The notes: generated by a model from the letters alone, not told the origin. A stretch of DNA of 62,971 nucleotides, filler included, from Hyphochytrium catenoides (GCA_900088475.1; 15 parts of 15 records of this genome joined end to end with filler, not necessarily neighbours in it); one strand, 5' to 3'; counted from the whole stretch's first letter, positions 50,630 to 62,971 are shown. Numbers and translations are program-made.

Positions 50630-52526
50630 GGACAAGTTCTCTATCGGCAGTCTTCCCTGGAGCTACGCCGATTTGGTGTGCTGGACGATGCCTTACATGC
50701 TTCTCTTCATCCTGAGAACAGTGATCACCTACAGCAGAGACACCTTGGGCTGTGTCGCCATCTCCTCTCCTCTCGTCCTTATCAGGGCGTCCAAGCTAGA
50801 GAAGCTCATGGGAGAGAGACAGAGAGAGAGAGAGAACATGATAGAAGAGAGAAGAAAGAAGGAGAGAGAGAGAAGGAGAGAAAAAGAAGAAGAGAAGGGA
50901 GGAGGAGGAGCGTGGAATAGGAAGAGAAGAGGGAAGAAGGAAGAAGAAGGAGAGGGAGAGCAGCTCAACAAGGTCAAGGAAGGACGAGGAGGAGGGCAAG
51001 TGGTTCCCACAAATACTTCTTCTCTCTCTCCTCTCTCTCCTCTCCTTCTTCTGCAATCTGAAGAGAGAAAAGAAGCGAAGAGAGAAGCGGAGGGTGTTCT
51101 CCAGGAACAGACAGAGGAAGAGAGTCTACCAACGCGGCAAGGAGGAGGCGAGGGGAGAGAGAGAAGAAGAAGAGAACAAAAGAAGAAAGAAGAGACTCTA
51201 CCTTGCATCATCTCTCTCCCGCCACAGCAACAGAAGAACCAGGGACATGGCCCTCTCTGTCTCCCACTCCTACCCTCTTCTTCCTCTCCCCTTTCTCCTC
51301 TCCTCCCTCCTGTTGGTGCCTCTCTCTCTTCGTCCTCTCAAGAAATCAAAAAGAAGGAGGGAGAAGAGCAGAAGGGCAACAGTACGGCAGCCATAGCATC
51401 ACAAAGAGAGGAAGAGATAGAGGAGAGCAACAACAAGAAGAGAGAGGAGAGTAAACTACTCTCTTTCTTTGCTCTCACTCCAGGGAGCAAAAGTGGTCTC
51501 TCTCTTCTCCCAACGGCTCCGTCTAGCGAAATAACAGTGATTCTCCGCGATGCTTTCTCTCCTGTGAGCTTGAGGAGAGAGACAACGGTCTATCAGCAGT
51601 TAGGAAGACTGGGGAGAGAGATAGACAAGAGAACAACGAGCCGAAAGATTGTCTTTCTCTGTCTCTCTTCCGTGATCCTCTCAAGCGTCTGTGCCATGAT
51701 AGACATTCTCTGGACGCCTCTCTTGGAAGGGCTCTTTTTGAAGGCAATGGCAGCAGGAGGAGAAGGAGAGAGAGAGAGAGAGACTGAGAGAGAGAAGTTT
51801 GTTGTTCCTCTCTTCCGGGCGTTAGAAGTTGCGGGGATCTTCTCTTTTCTCTTTCCTGTCTTCTTCGTCATCGGGAAGATGCACTGGGGAATGCTTCGCA
51901 TGGTTCTTCGGACATTTGACTTTTGGTTCTGCTCTCTCCAGGCTCTTCTCGCCTATGGAACACTTCTGTATATCTCTCTTCGGGGAGAGAGAGAGAGAGA
52001 GACTGTCGGAGGAGAAGAAGGAGAGAGAAGAGAGAGAGAGATGTATCGGACACTTCTCCCCTATGTTTGTGGGTACTTTGGCTTGCAATTGAGCTTCTGT
52101 CTCGATGCTTTCGTCTATGGAATGCATAAGAGAGTCTTCTCTCTCGCCTATCTCGTCACCGTCCCTTCTGAAGTCGCTGTCTTGGTCGGTGTCTTCCGCA
52201 TGGATCCTCTCTCTCTCTCTCTCTCTCTCCGGAAGACATGGTTTCTCTCTCTCTTCAGCGGGAAGTCTATTCTTCAGTTTATCGCGGTCACGCTGGGCGT
52301 CTCTCTCCTGTGTAAACTAAGGCTTATTCTTCTCTGTGGACTGCTAAGGACGTCAACGCAGCTCTCTCTCTATGGGAAAGTGAGGATTGAGATTATTTCA
52401 AAGGAAGAGAGAGAAAAGAGAGAGAGAGAGACACTGCAGGAAGCGGGGAGCCGTGGTGGTGGCGGTGTCTCTCTCTCTCCTCTTTCTCCTCTAACCAAGG
52501 CAGAAGAAGAAAGGAGTGGAGAATGA
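49080..52526 (+). CDS. ~931-aa polytopic membrane protein with two tandem multi-TM domains (DFW motif), two exons
   Basis: Exons 49080-49979 and 50631-52526 join in frame across a GT..(CT)n..AG intron (GHYE|DKFSIG). Domain 1 has ANSMDFWVL...SVFDCF and domain 2 has LRTFDFWFC...FCLDAF. A long E/R/K/S low-complexity linker separates them. Confidence 0.75.
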
Positions 52527-53696
52527 CTACAGTCTCTCTCTCTCTGTCTCTTTCTCTCTCTCTCCCTTGGTCATCATCTCTTTCAGTGGACGCGCAGACG
52601 ACTCGGAGGCGCATGCCGAAGAAGAAAATTGAGGAGCGGTTGAAGGTGCCCTCTCTCTCTCTCTCTGTCTCTCTAATCTCGCTCTCTCTTCTCTCCTGTG
52701 TCTCTCTCTCTCCTCTCCTGTGTCTCTCCTCTTATTTGCCCTATGTGGCTTCTTCTCCTTCATCAAGAAGGAGGATAGAATCAGGGGCCGCGGCCGGTGG
52801 GTTGCGGAGAGAAAGGAAGAGAGAGGGAGAGAGAGAGAGAGAGAAAGAGAGGAAAAGAAAAGAAGACAAGAGAAAGAGGAAAGAGCTCTGAGAATCTTCT
52901 TTATAACAAGGGAGACAGAGGTGGGCAGAAGAGCACCAGAGAAGCGCTGAACTTCCATAAACATGAGAGTGACTATTTTTTTTTTGCTAGCGATAGGTTC
53001 TCGACGTCTTTCTTCTCTCTCTCTCTCTCTCTCTCGAATATGTCTTCTCTTTCTCTCTCTCTCTCTCGGTCTCTCTCCCTTGTCTCGTTTCTCTCTTCTC
53101 CCTCCCGTGGTCTCTTTTCCCTCTCTCATCCAGTTTTGCCGCTCTCTTCTCTCTCTCTGTTGATGCTGTCGTTTGCTCCCTCACTCTCCCTGTCTTCCTC
53201 TTCTTTTGTCCTCTCTCTCTCTCTCGCTTCTCTTGTTGGTTTGCTCCTCTCATTCTTGTTCTGCTTTCCATTTCTCCCTTCTTCGGCGTCCTTCCTCCTT
53301 CTGCTCAATCTTTAGTCCTNNNNNNNNNNNNNNNNNNNNNNNNNNNNNNNNNNNNNNNNNNNNNNNNNNNNNNNNNNNNNNNNNNNNNNNNNNNNNNNNN
53401 NNNNNNNNCCCTCCTCTCTCCTGGTCTTTGCTATCTCCTCCTCCTCTCTTCTTCTCCTCTCCGTGTCCGTCCTCTTTTTCCGCTAAAGCCCCTCCCGCCC
53501 ATCTTTGATGTCTTCTGCCTTTTAAATGGACTTGCTGCTTCTCTCTCTTCTTATTTTCTTTCTCCTCTCTCTTTGTCTCTCTCTCTCCTCTTTTTCTCTC
53601 CTACCGCAGAATTCTTCCCGATCTCGCTATGCATGAGATCTGAGTGTGTGGGAGAGCGGAGAGAGGGCAGAGAGAGAGAGGAGAGCCAAGAGAGCA

Positions 53697-53751
<55 letters not shown>

Positions 53752-54143
53752 AAGAGAAAGAGAGAGAGAGACGGAGAGAGAGAAAAGCAGCAGCATGGTT
53801 CAACGAAGGTTAATGCTGCCAAAAGGGAAATGAAGGAGAGAGTAAGCAGCCAAGAGAGACAGGCCGTCATGAGGAGAGCACTATCGAATCGACTCAAGAG
53901 TTGCCCAGGTTGCTTTCTATGGGACGGAAAGACAGGCTGGTGGAGAAAGGAGAGAGAGAGTGAGAGACAGAATGGGGAAAAGAGAAGAGTAAAGAGGGAG
54001 AGTACTGTAGAGAGAGAGAAGAAAGAGAGAGAGAGAGAGAGAGNNNNNNNNNNNNNNNNNNNNNNNNNNNNNNNNNNNNNNNNNNNNTTAATTAATTAAN
54101 NNNNNNNNNNNNNNNNNNNNNNNNNNNNNNNNNNNNNNNNNNN

Positions 54144-55322
54144 AGTCTGTCTATTAACCCCGCTTCCACCGGGCCGCCAGCGTACATGTTGTGACCCGAT
54201 TGTACCTGATGAGTGCCTGCTGTATTATGCTGCTACTGGGGAGAGAGAGAAGACGAGGTCACCGAACGGGAGGTCTGTCTATTAACCCCACTTCCACTGG
54301 GCCGCCAGCGTACATGCTGTGACCCGATTGTACCTGATGAGTGCCTGCTGTATTATGCTGCTACTGGGGAGCGAGAGAGGACGAGGTCACCGAACGGAAG
54401 GCTGTCTATTAACCCCACTTCCACTGGGCCGCCAGCGTACATGCGGTGACCTAATTGTACCTAATGAGTGGCTGCTGTTATTTTGCTGCTACTGGGGAGG
54501 GAGAGAGGACGAGGTCACCGAACGGAAGGCTGTCTATTAACACCGCTTCCACCGGGCCGCCAGCGTACATGCTGTGACCCGATTGTACCTGATGAGTGCC
54601 TGCTGTAATATGCTGCTACTGGGGAGAGAGAGAGAACGAGGTCACCGAACGGAAGTCTGTCTATTAACCCCACTTCCACCGGGCCGCCAGCGTACATGCT
54701 GTGACCCGATTGTACCTGGTGATTGCCTGCTGTATTATGCTGCTACTGGGGAGAGAGAGAGGACGAGGTCACCGAACGGGAAGTCTGTCTATTAACCCCG
54801 CTTCCACCGGGCCGCCAGCGTAGTACATGCTGTGACCTAATTGTACCTAATGAGTGGCTGCTGTTATTTTGCTGCTACTGGGGAGAGAGAGAGGACGAGG
54901 TCACCGAACGGAAGGCTGTCTATTAACCCCACTTCCACCGGGCCGCCGGGGTACATGCTGTGACCCAATTGTACCTAATGAGTCGCTGCTGTTATTTTGC
55001 TGCTACTGGGAGAGAGAGAGGACGAGGTCACCGAACGGAAGGCTGTCTATTAACACCGCTTCCACCGGGCCGCCAGCGTACATGTTGTGACCCGATTGTA
55101 CCTGATGAGTGCCTGCTGTATTACGCTGCTACTGGCGAGAGAGAGAGAACGAGGTCACCGAACGGAAGTCTGTCTATTAACCCCACTTCCACCGGGCCGC
55201 CGGGGTACATGCTGTGACCCCATTGTACCTAATGAGTGGCTGCTGTTATTTTGCTGCTACTGGGGAGAGAGAGAGGACGAGGTCACCGAACGGAAGGCTG
55301 TCTATTAACACCGCTTCCACCG
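54144..55322. repeat. 127/128-bp satellite, ~9.2 units filling a whole scaffold, two sub-types
   Basis: The anchor ctattaac recurs at 54151, 54279, 54406, 54534, 54661, 54789, 54920, 55047, 55174 and 55302. The unit length is not a multiple of 3, so the array is non-coding. Confidence 0.97.
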
Positions 55323-55572
55323 NNNNNNNNNNNNNNNNNNNNNNNNNNNNNNNNNNNNNNNNNNNNTTAATTAATTAANNNNNNNNNNNNNNNNNNNNNN
55401 NNNNNNNNNNNNNNNNNNNNNNAGAGAGAGAGAGAGAGAGAACATCTGGCCGAAGGAGGCAGACAAAACGAGAGAAAAGAGCAAAAAGGGTGGAGAAAAA
55501 GATACCAGAAGTCAAGCCAAAAAGAGCGAGAGAGTCAGATTGCAGGTTGGGAAAAGGAGAGCCTAGTGCCAT

Positions 55573-55612
<40 letters not shown>

Positions 55613-55616
<4 letters not shown>

Positions 55617-55741
55617 GACGTCTCCTGAAGTTCCATCATTTTCTTCTCGCTTGCTTCTCTCTGTTTGATGGCAAACTCTCTCCCTTGCGAGTGCTCAGCG
55701 TACCGCTGATAATAATGAAGGTACCGGTCCAACTCGGCCTG

Positions 55742-55784
<43 letters not shown>

Positions 55785-56440
55785 CGAGACAGAGCGAGAG
55801 AAAACGAGACAGAGACAGAAATTAATAGGGATAAAGAAGAGGCTCTTATCGAACCAGAAGATAAGGAGAAAGAGTGGGGAAAAGAGAAAAGTGTGGAAGA
55901 GAGAGAGAGAGCCCACTTTAACGAAGAATGCCACATACTATTTGGCATGTATTTGGCATGAATTGGAGAGGAGAGGGAGAAGAAAGAGAGAAGACTAGGA
56001 TTAGGGTTACAAAGCATCTGTTCGGCGCAGACCATCGACAGAGAGAAAGAGCGGCGGAGAGAGCACAAGTGAAGAGAGATAGAGATAGAGAGAGAGAGAG
56101 AAGAGGTAAAGAAAGCGAAAGGCTCCATCTCCCACTTCTAGAGGAAAATAACACAAAGAAGAGAGGGAAGCGATCCATAGAGAAACCAGAGAGAGAGAGA
56201 GAGAGAGAGATACATACATACAGAGAGAGAGAGAGAGGGAAAGAGAGAGAGAGAGACCTTGGCTCTGGCTGCGGCGCTGTCATCCTTGGAGGGGTCTGCC
56301 TGTGGGTCGTATCTGTTGCATTTATAATAACCTCCCGTGGCCGCGCCGTGCTCAGACCAGGAAGTCAAGCAAATCCAACAGAACTCGTGCTTGCAATGAC
56401 GGCACGTCATGTGGTTGCAGCCCTGGAAACAGGAGAGAGA

Positions 56441-56472
<32 letters not shown>

Positions 56473-56718
56473 AAAGAGGGGAGAAAGAAAGAGAGGGAAA
56501 AGAGGAGGAGGGAAGGGGGGTGTAGAGGAAGAGAGAAAAAGATAGGTGAGATAGAAAAGAGGGAGAAACAGGAGGAAGAGAAAGAGAGAGAAAAAAGAGG
56601 AAAGTGAGGTTTAGGGAGAGAGAGAACAGAGAGAGAAAGGAGAAGAAGAAAGGGAAATAGGAACAGAAGGAGTTGAGCAGGTAGTAGCAACCACAGAGGA
56701 AGCGATAAAAATGATAGA

Positions 56719-56749
<31 letters not shown>

Positions 56750-56936
56750 GAGAGAAAAGAGAGGAAAAGAGAGAGAGAAGAGAGAAAGGAGAGCTATGAA
56801 GAGAACACACAGAGAGAAAGAGAGAGAGCGCTTCGTTTCTGTACCTGATTCTTCTCAATCCTGACATGGCAGGCAGGACACTTCTTCGTGTTCGCCAAAA
56901 TCCAGTTCGCAGTCTCGCTTTCGTTTCTTTGGAAGA

Positions 56937-56989
<53 letters not shown>

Positions 56990-57170
56990 CCGAGCACAAG
57001 AGTGAGAGTGAGAGAGAGACAAAGAGAGAGAGAGAGAGGGAGATATCCACACAGCAGGAAAGAGAGACATAGACATAAACATAGTAAGAAAGAGAAAGAG
57101 AGAGAGGGTATCTGCAAGGGAAAGAAGAGACAAATAGGCTAGGAAATATATTCCTAGAAGTTGCACTTGA

Positions 57171-57243
<73 letters not shown>

Positions 57244-57519
57244 ACTTGTCCAGCCAGAGGACAAGGTTTGCGCAGTTCACGGGCGCGTGAGCCTCTTCCC
57301 CGCAACGGAAACAGAAAGTCGCCCCACAAGTGCACCGAACCACCGTTGGCGCGCCTTTGGAGAAGCGAGAGAGAGAGGGAGAGAGAAAGAGAGAAAGAGA
57401 GAGAGAGAGAAAGAGTGAGAGAAAGAGAGAGAGTGGGAGGGAATGGAAAATCCGAGAGGAGAGCGAGAGACGGAAAAGTGAGTGTTAGCGAGAAGCGGCA
57501 ACAGAAAGAAAAAAAAAAA

Positions 57520-57582
<63 letters not shown>

Positions 57583-57748
57583 CTCAAAGACCAAGAGACA
57601 CCCAGAAACAAATACACCGAGAGAAAGAGACAGGAGTGAGACGACATTATGCGGAAAGAAAAGAGGAAGATTGAGCGGACATGAATAAAAAAGAAGAGCC
57701 ACAGAGCCAGACAGAGGGAGAGAGAGACACAGAGAGAGAGAGAGAGAG

Positions 57749-57783
<35 letters not shown>

Positions 57784-57937
57784 ACCTGTGCTGACCACTG
57801 CCTTCTCACAGTCTGGGGCTGGGCACCACTTGATGCTGCGGTTGATGTCCACATAGGAGCGGAGGAGGAAACGACGGAACTTCTTCCAGGAAGCGGGAGG
57901 AAGGAGANNNNNNNNNNNNNNNNNNNNNNNNNNNNNN

Positions 57938-57980
<43 letters not shown>

Positions 57981-58174
57981 AAAGCAGAGAGAAGCGAGAA
58001 GAGAGAGAGAGAGAGAAGTAAGAGGAAGAAAGCAAAAAAAGAAAGCGAGAGAGAGAAAGGTCACCCTTGACCGGTAAGCGCATTAAGGCAGCAATAAGAG
58101 CGAGGTACCGCACTTGCCAGCACTCCAAGAGAAGACAGCCGAGAATAGAGAGAAAGAGAAGAGATAAGAAGAGA

Positions 58175-58213
<39 letters not shown>

Positions 58214-58406
58214 AGAAAGAGAGAAGGGAACTCTCACCTCTGTACAAGTGTGCGCTGGGCAAGTCGTAAAGATGCTTTCCATTCCCTCTTCCACCTTCAG
58301 CTGAAGGTAAGACTTCCAACAATCCTAAGAGAGAGAGAGAGAGTGAGAAAAAGAGAGAGAGAGAGAGAAAGAGAAGGAGAGAGAGAGAAAGAGATAGATG
58401 GATAGT

Positions 58407-58444
<38 letters not shown>

Positions 58445-59163
58445 AAGACAGACGGTGAGGAGAAGGACAGAGAAAAAGGAGAAAAGAGGAGAGAGAAAGA
58501 GAGAAGGACAGAACAAAAGAACTAATATCATCGGACAGAGTAGAAAGGAAATAAGATGGGTAAGAGAGAGAGAATGACATATGCCGACACAGGAGAAAGA
58601 GAAGCTGCGCGAGCGAGGGGACACTGCGAATAACCAAGGGGAAATAGAGAGAAAGAGAGAAAGAGAGAAAGAGAAAGAAAAGTTGGAGAAAAAGGTAAGT
58701 TCGGAGAGGATAGTAAGGGGAGACTCCTCTCTCTTTACCAAACAGAATCTATGGCCACATCCCATTCCTGTTGTCTGACTGCCCGAGACATCCTCGCAAC
58801 ATATTGGACAAGTGACCTAGAGAGAGAGGGAGGGAGAGAGAGAGAGAGTGAGAGAGAGAGAGAGGGAAAGAGAGAGAGAGAGATGAGGTGAGACTTAGAG
58901 AAAGAAACCTCAGAGAGAGAAAAACTGTGAGCTCGCCCATCAAAGGAGAAGAGATGGACAGGTAGCTGAGAATAAGAGCGGAAGGAAAGAGAGGAGAAAG
59001 GAGAGAAAAGATGAAGGAGAGAAGAGAAGAGAGGGAGAAAGATGACCGCAGCTATGGAGAAGGAGAGTCAAAAAAGAGAGAGTAGAGAAGCACAAACACA
59101 AAGACAGACAGAGAGAGAGAGAGAGAGAGAGAAAAACACAAAGACAGAGAGACAGAGAGAGAC

Positions 59164-59199
<36 letters not shown>

Positions 59200-59329
59200 T
59201 TTGCTACCGTCTGGTTTGGATCTATGGGTGGTGCCGGGGCTGCTAGGAATTGTACTCCCGCTTTCTTTAGTGTGCCCGACGGATCCTCATAATATTTGTC
59301 AAACAGCTTCTCCTTGCTCCAACTGCGCC

Positions 59330-59401
<72 letters not shown>

Positions 59402-59719
59402 AAAGAGAGAGAGACGGTCCGCGCCAGAGAGGGATTGAGAGAGATTGAGAGAGAAAGAGAGGGATCGAACGGTTCAGGTCAGGGAGGGTGATCAAGAAGA
59501 GTAAAACAGAAAGCCCGAGGTCACAGGATGTAATTTAAAAGTCGAGAGGAGAGAGAGAGACAAAGAGAGAGAGAGAGACAGAGAGAGAAGCCCTAAGGCA
59601 TAGAGAGAAAAAGAAAGCGCAGGACAAGCCAAATGTTCCTTAGGAGGAAGACGCCGGAGCTTTCAGTAGAAAGCTGAAATCAGGATTAAAGGAGAAAGAC
59701 TTGTGTGTGTGTGTGAGGA

Positions 59720-59750
<31 letters not shown>

Positions 59751-60114
59751 GAGAGGAGAGACACACAGAGAGAGAGAAGGAACAGAGAAGAGTAGATCAC
59801 GAGGGATGAGAGAGTGAGAGAGAGAGACAAGAGAAAGATACATGAGAGATAGCAAAGAGAGAGGGAGGGAGAAGTCGTGCGAGAAGAGAGATTGAAACGA
59901 CGAGGAGAAAGAGAGAGACAGAGAGAGAGAGAGAGAGACTGACCCAAAGTGTCTAATCAGCACTCCTGCTGCTGTCTGTGGGATGTCGAGGACGGAGGCG
60001 ATCTCTTTGATGACTTTGGAAGGCGCTTTGTCCATCTCTTCAGGGTCCAGAAGCTTGTAATCGCAAGACAGAGCGAACTTTGCCGCCAGCTGCTCCGCGG
60101 AAGAGAGAGACTGG

Positions 60115-60158
<44 letters not shown>

Positions 60159-60712
60159 AGAGAGAGAGAGAAGGAACAGAGAAGAGTAGATTAAGAGGGA
60201 TGAGAGAGTGAGAGAGAGAGAAAAGAGAAAGATACATGAGAGATAGCAAAGAGAGAGGGAGGGAGGAAGTCGTGCGAGGAGAGAAATCAAAACGACGAGG
60301 AGAGAAAGAGAGAGAGGGAGAAAAAAAAGCTTAACAAGTGGGACCGAAAGACCAGAAAGAAGCCGGAAGAAAGAGAGACACGATGCAGAAAGAGAGTTAA
60401 CGATAATTGGAAAGAAAAGAATAAAAGAGAGACGGATGCCTGGACGGAGAGGGAGAGAAGAGAGAGACAAAGATACTAAGCGCAGTACGACACCTCTTTC
60501 TCTAATGTGCTCTCTCTCTCTCTCTCTCTCTCTCCCTCTCTCTCCCTCTTTATCTCTCTTGACTTTCAGTACCTTTCTGTCTCTTTTGGAGCCTGTCTCC
60601 TCACTCTCTTCTTCTTCTTGGTAGGGATCGTCTTCTTCTTCCTCTTCTTCATCGTAGTCGTACTCTTCCTCTTCCTCCTCTTCGAAATCCTCATTTTGTT
60701 CATCAGAATATA
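55613..60712 (-). CDS. Ariadne-family RBR E3 ubiquitin ligase (ARIH1/2-like), truncated at both ends
   Basis: Acidic N-terminal exon; UBA-like LIRHFG|WSKEKL; RING1 CPICC...CGHRFCL|DCWKSY...CPAHTC; [12 protein letters not shown]...[21 protein letters not shown]; RING2 [26 protein letters not shown]|GCNHMTC...FCWIC...GGYYKCNRY; Ariadne domain [12 protein letters not shown]. Confidence 0.96.
59758..60312. repeat. ~155-bp direct repeat in two adjacent introns of the Ariadne gene
   Basis: 59758-59915 and 60152-60312 share aaggaacagagaagagtagat, gaaagatacatgagagatagcaaagaga, gaagtcgtgcgag and aaacgacgaggaga in the same order. Confidence 0.85.
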
Positions 60713-60738
60713 CTGAGAGAGAGAGAAAGAGAAGAGAT

Positions 60739-60769
<31 letters not shown>

Positions 60770-62043
60770 TGCTATGAGAGAAGGAAAGAAGTCTGCCGTT
60801 GGCTCTCCCTTCCTTTTCGTCTCTCTTCCATCTTCCTTTTTCTCTCTAGAACNNNNNNNNNNNNNNNNNNNNNNNNNNNNNNNNNNNNNNNNNNNNTTAA
60901 TTAATTAANNNNNNNNNNNNNNNNNNNNNNNNNNNNNNNNNNNNNNNNNNNNTCTCTCTCTCTCTTCTTTCCGATCGCTGGTATAGAAGCTATGTCTACT
61001 TCGTCTTTCTTCTTCTTCTTGTCAAGAGAAGGTTTTCTCTCTTTCTCTGTGTCATTTCCTTGGTTGTGCCTTCATGATGTATCTCTCTCTCCCTGCTGTC
61101 TTCTTTCTCTTTTCTCTCTTTCCTCAACAGTCGTTTGTTATGTCGTTTAGAAAGAAGAAGACTCGGTCGCGAGCCAGCAGAGAGACAGAAGACGGTTAAG
61201 AGAAAGAGAGAGAGAGAGAGAGAGAAGCTTTACAACGTGCTGATGGGAAGAGAAGATGAACAGGACATCAAAGGAGGAAGAGGGACAAGATGGAGAGAAA
61301 GAAAGAAAGGAAAGAGGGAACCGAGAGAAAGAGGAAGAAGAGAATCCGGTAAGGAGACGGCCACGATGATGGGCCGAGTAGTACGAAGAGAAAGCAACAA
61401 GAGAGAGAGAATAATAAAGAAGAAGAAAGGAGAAGCCATCATCGTCGCGAGCACCACCACCAAGAAGAAGAGGAAAACCGAGAAGGAAAGCTAGCCTAAA
61501 ATTTTTGGGAGGAGAGAAGAATGAAGCAGAGGAGAGGAAATGAAGAGCGAAAGGAGGGAAGAAGTGGGAGATGAAAGAGAGTTTGTTGAGAGAAGAGAGA
61601 CTGTGGGTACAGGAGTAGAGAGAAAGAAAAGACAAAAGACAAAAGAAGCAGAGAAACGGGGAGAGATTGAAATGGGGAAGGAGGAGAAGAAGGAGGGAGG
61701 AGAGAAGAATTAATGGAGAGAGACACAGAAAGAGAAGAGCAAGAAGAGAGAGAGAGGGGAGTGAAAGAAAGAGCAGGGGAGAGAGAGAAAGAGAGAGGAC
61801 AGAAAGAGAGAGAGAGAACGAGAGAGAAAGAACGGAGAGTAAGAAGAGAGGAGAAAGGAAACGAGAGAGAGAGCGAGAGCGCGAGAAGGAGAGAGGAGAG
61901 AGAGAAAGAAAGCGAGAGCGAGAGCGAGAGCGAGAGAGCGAGAGCGAGAGAGCGAGAGAGAGAGAGAAAGAGATAGAGAAAGAGATAGAGAAAGAGAGAG
62001 AATGAGAGAGAAAGAGCGAGAGCGTAAGAGAGAGAGAGACAGA

Positions 62044-62086
<43 letters not shown>

Positions 62087-62668
62087 AAAAAGAAGAGAAG
62101 AGAGGCATTCACGACGACGATGACAAAGCTGGTGGTCCTTCTAGGGCGGCAGTTACAAGATCAGTGGGGCAGCCATCCTTGCCGCTGTAGCTCCCAAGAC
62201 AGAGTGGCAAATAGATATCTAACAGTCCAGCATTCCTACAGTGAAGGGTACCAAAAAGAATATTTTAGAGATGGCAGGGACGCAGTCCTGAAATGTCGCA
62301 CAACGCCGATTGCAACGTCCTCTCCGTTGGAAGATTTCTTGAAAGATTCACCCAAAACTACCCCTCGAAGTGTTAAAAAGACCTAGCTAAGTTCTTGAAT
62401 CTTTCGGAAAAAAGGAGCTGCTGAGGGGTCACTCGACCAGCTCCGCTCATCAGTCATTTTAGTCGTCCAGATCTACGATATAGAAGGGTAGATGAGGACG
62501 TCTCGTACATTATAACTGTCCTTTACAGCCAGTAGTGGTAATTATTCTGCATCTGTACTTGAGGAATATATAGACGTGGCTGTTGACCAGCATGGAGGGC
62601 AAAGCGTGGAATATTGTGTCTCCTCTTCTTATCTGGCCCTTGGGGCGGAAGGGAGAGAGAGACAAAGC

Positions 62669-62705
<37 letters not shown>

Positions 62706-62971
62706 AAGGAGGGGGAGTGAGAGAGGAGTGAGAGAGAACGGGAGAAAGAGAGAAGAGAGGACATACATGGGAGAAAGAAGAGAAGAGGATTATCATCCAT
62801 GATCTCTCCATATCCAACAAGAGGTTGACTGTTATCTCTCCTCCGTCGTCTTCAACATCATCTTCTGCTACTCCTTCTTTCTATCTTTCTTTCTTCCTTT
62901 CTTCCTCCACCCGCCGAACGGAATCATCTTCATACCTTCTTCTCCTCCTCCTCTTCTTCTTCTCCCTCCCC

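Noticed and set aside
54144-55322. Satellite as a hammerhead ribozyme array, 5S rRNA array or spliced-leader array
   Set aside because: CTGATGAG occurs only in type A units and no GAAA core follows. There is no 5S similarity on either strand. The ATTTTG Sm-like word occurs only in B units.
62395-62460. Minus-strand CTGATGAG-stem-CGAAA resembling a hammerhead core
   Set aside because: A T6 run separates the stem from GAAA, and stems I and III cannot be formed.

Overview
This is not one locus. It is a pseudomolecule of 15 short eukaryotic scaffolds joined by 14 artificial 100-nt linkers (N44-TTAATTAATTAA-N44). The source is an intron-rich protist with mainly TTAGGG telomeres and ciliary genes (CC2D2A/MKS6, BBS2); gene content hints at a SAR-type lineage, but this is unproven. 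Almost all ORF-track entries are artefacts of (GA)n/(CT)n microsatellites, so I rebuilt genes by hand from GT-AG exons. Recognisable genes: a Siw14-like phosphatase, CC2D2A, an alanine-glyoxylate aminotransferase, an RNF126-like RING E3, an ABHD/YheT hydrolase, a GPCR carrying the GPCR-PIPK LR(x)9GI linker motif, a bacterial-type acyl-CoA dehydrogenase, BBS2, a BPHL-like hydrolase, TCF25, a SIL1-like protein and an Ariadne RBR E3. There are also several orphan membrane or secreted proteins. Highlights: (1) a strand-polarised microsatellite pattern, with introns (CT)n and exon insertions/UTRs (GA)n on the sense strand, often with donors reading GT straight into CT repeats; (2) a ~470-bp fold-back element whose inverted arms enclose six 60-bp repeats; (3) a chromosome end with a telomere-derived subtelomeric satellite; (4) a 127/128-bp two-variant satellite; (5) an intronless secreted protein with an RxLR-like motif; (6) a sharp split between microsatellite-rich and microsatellite-free scaffolds. 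Family assignments come from recalled motifs, not database searches, and internal exon coordinates may be off by a few nt.
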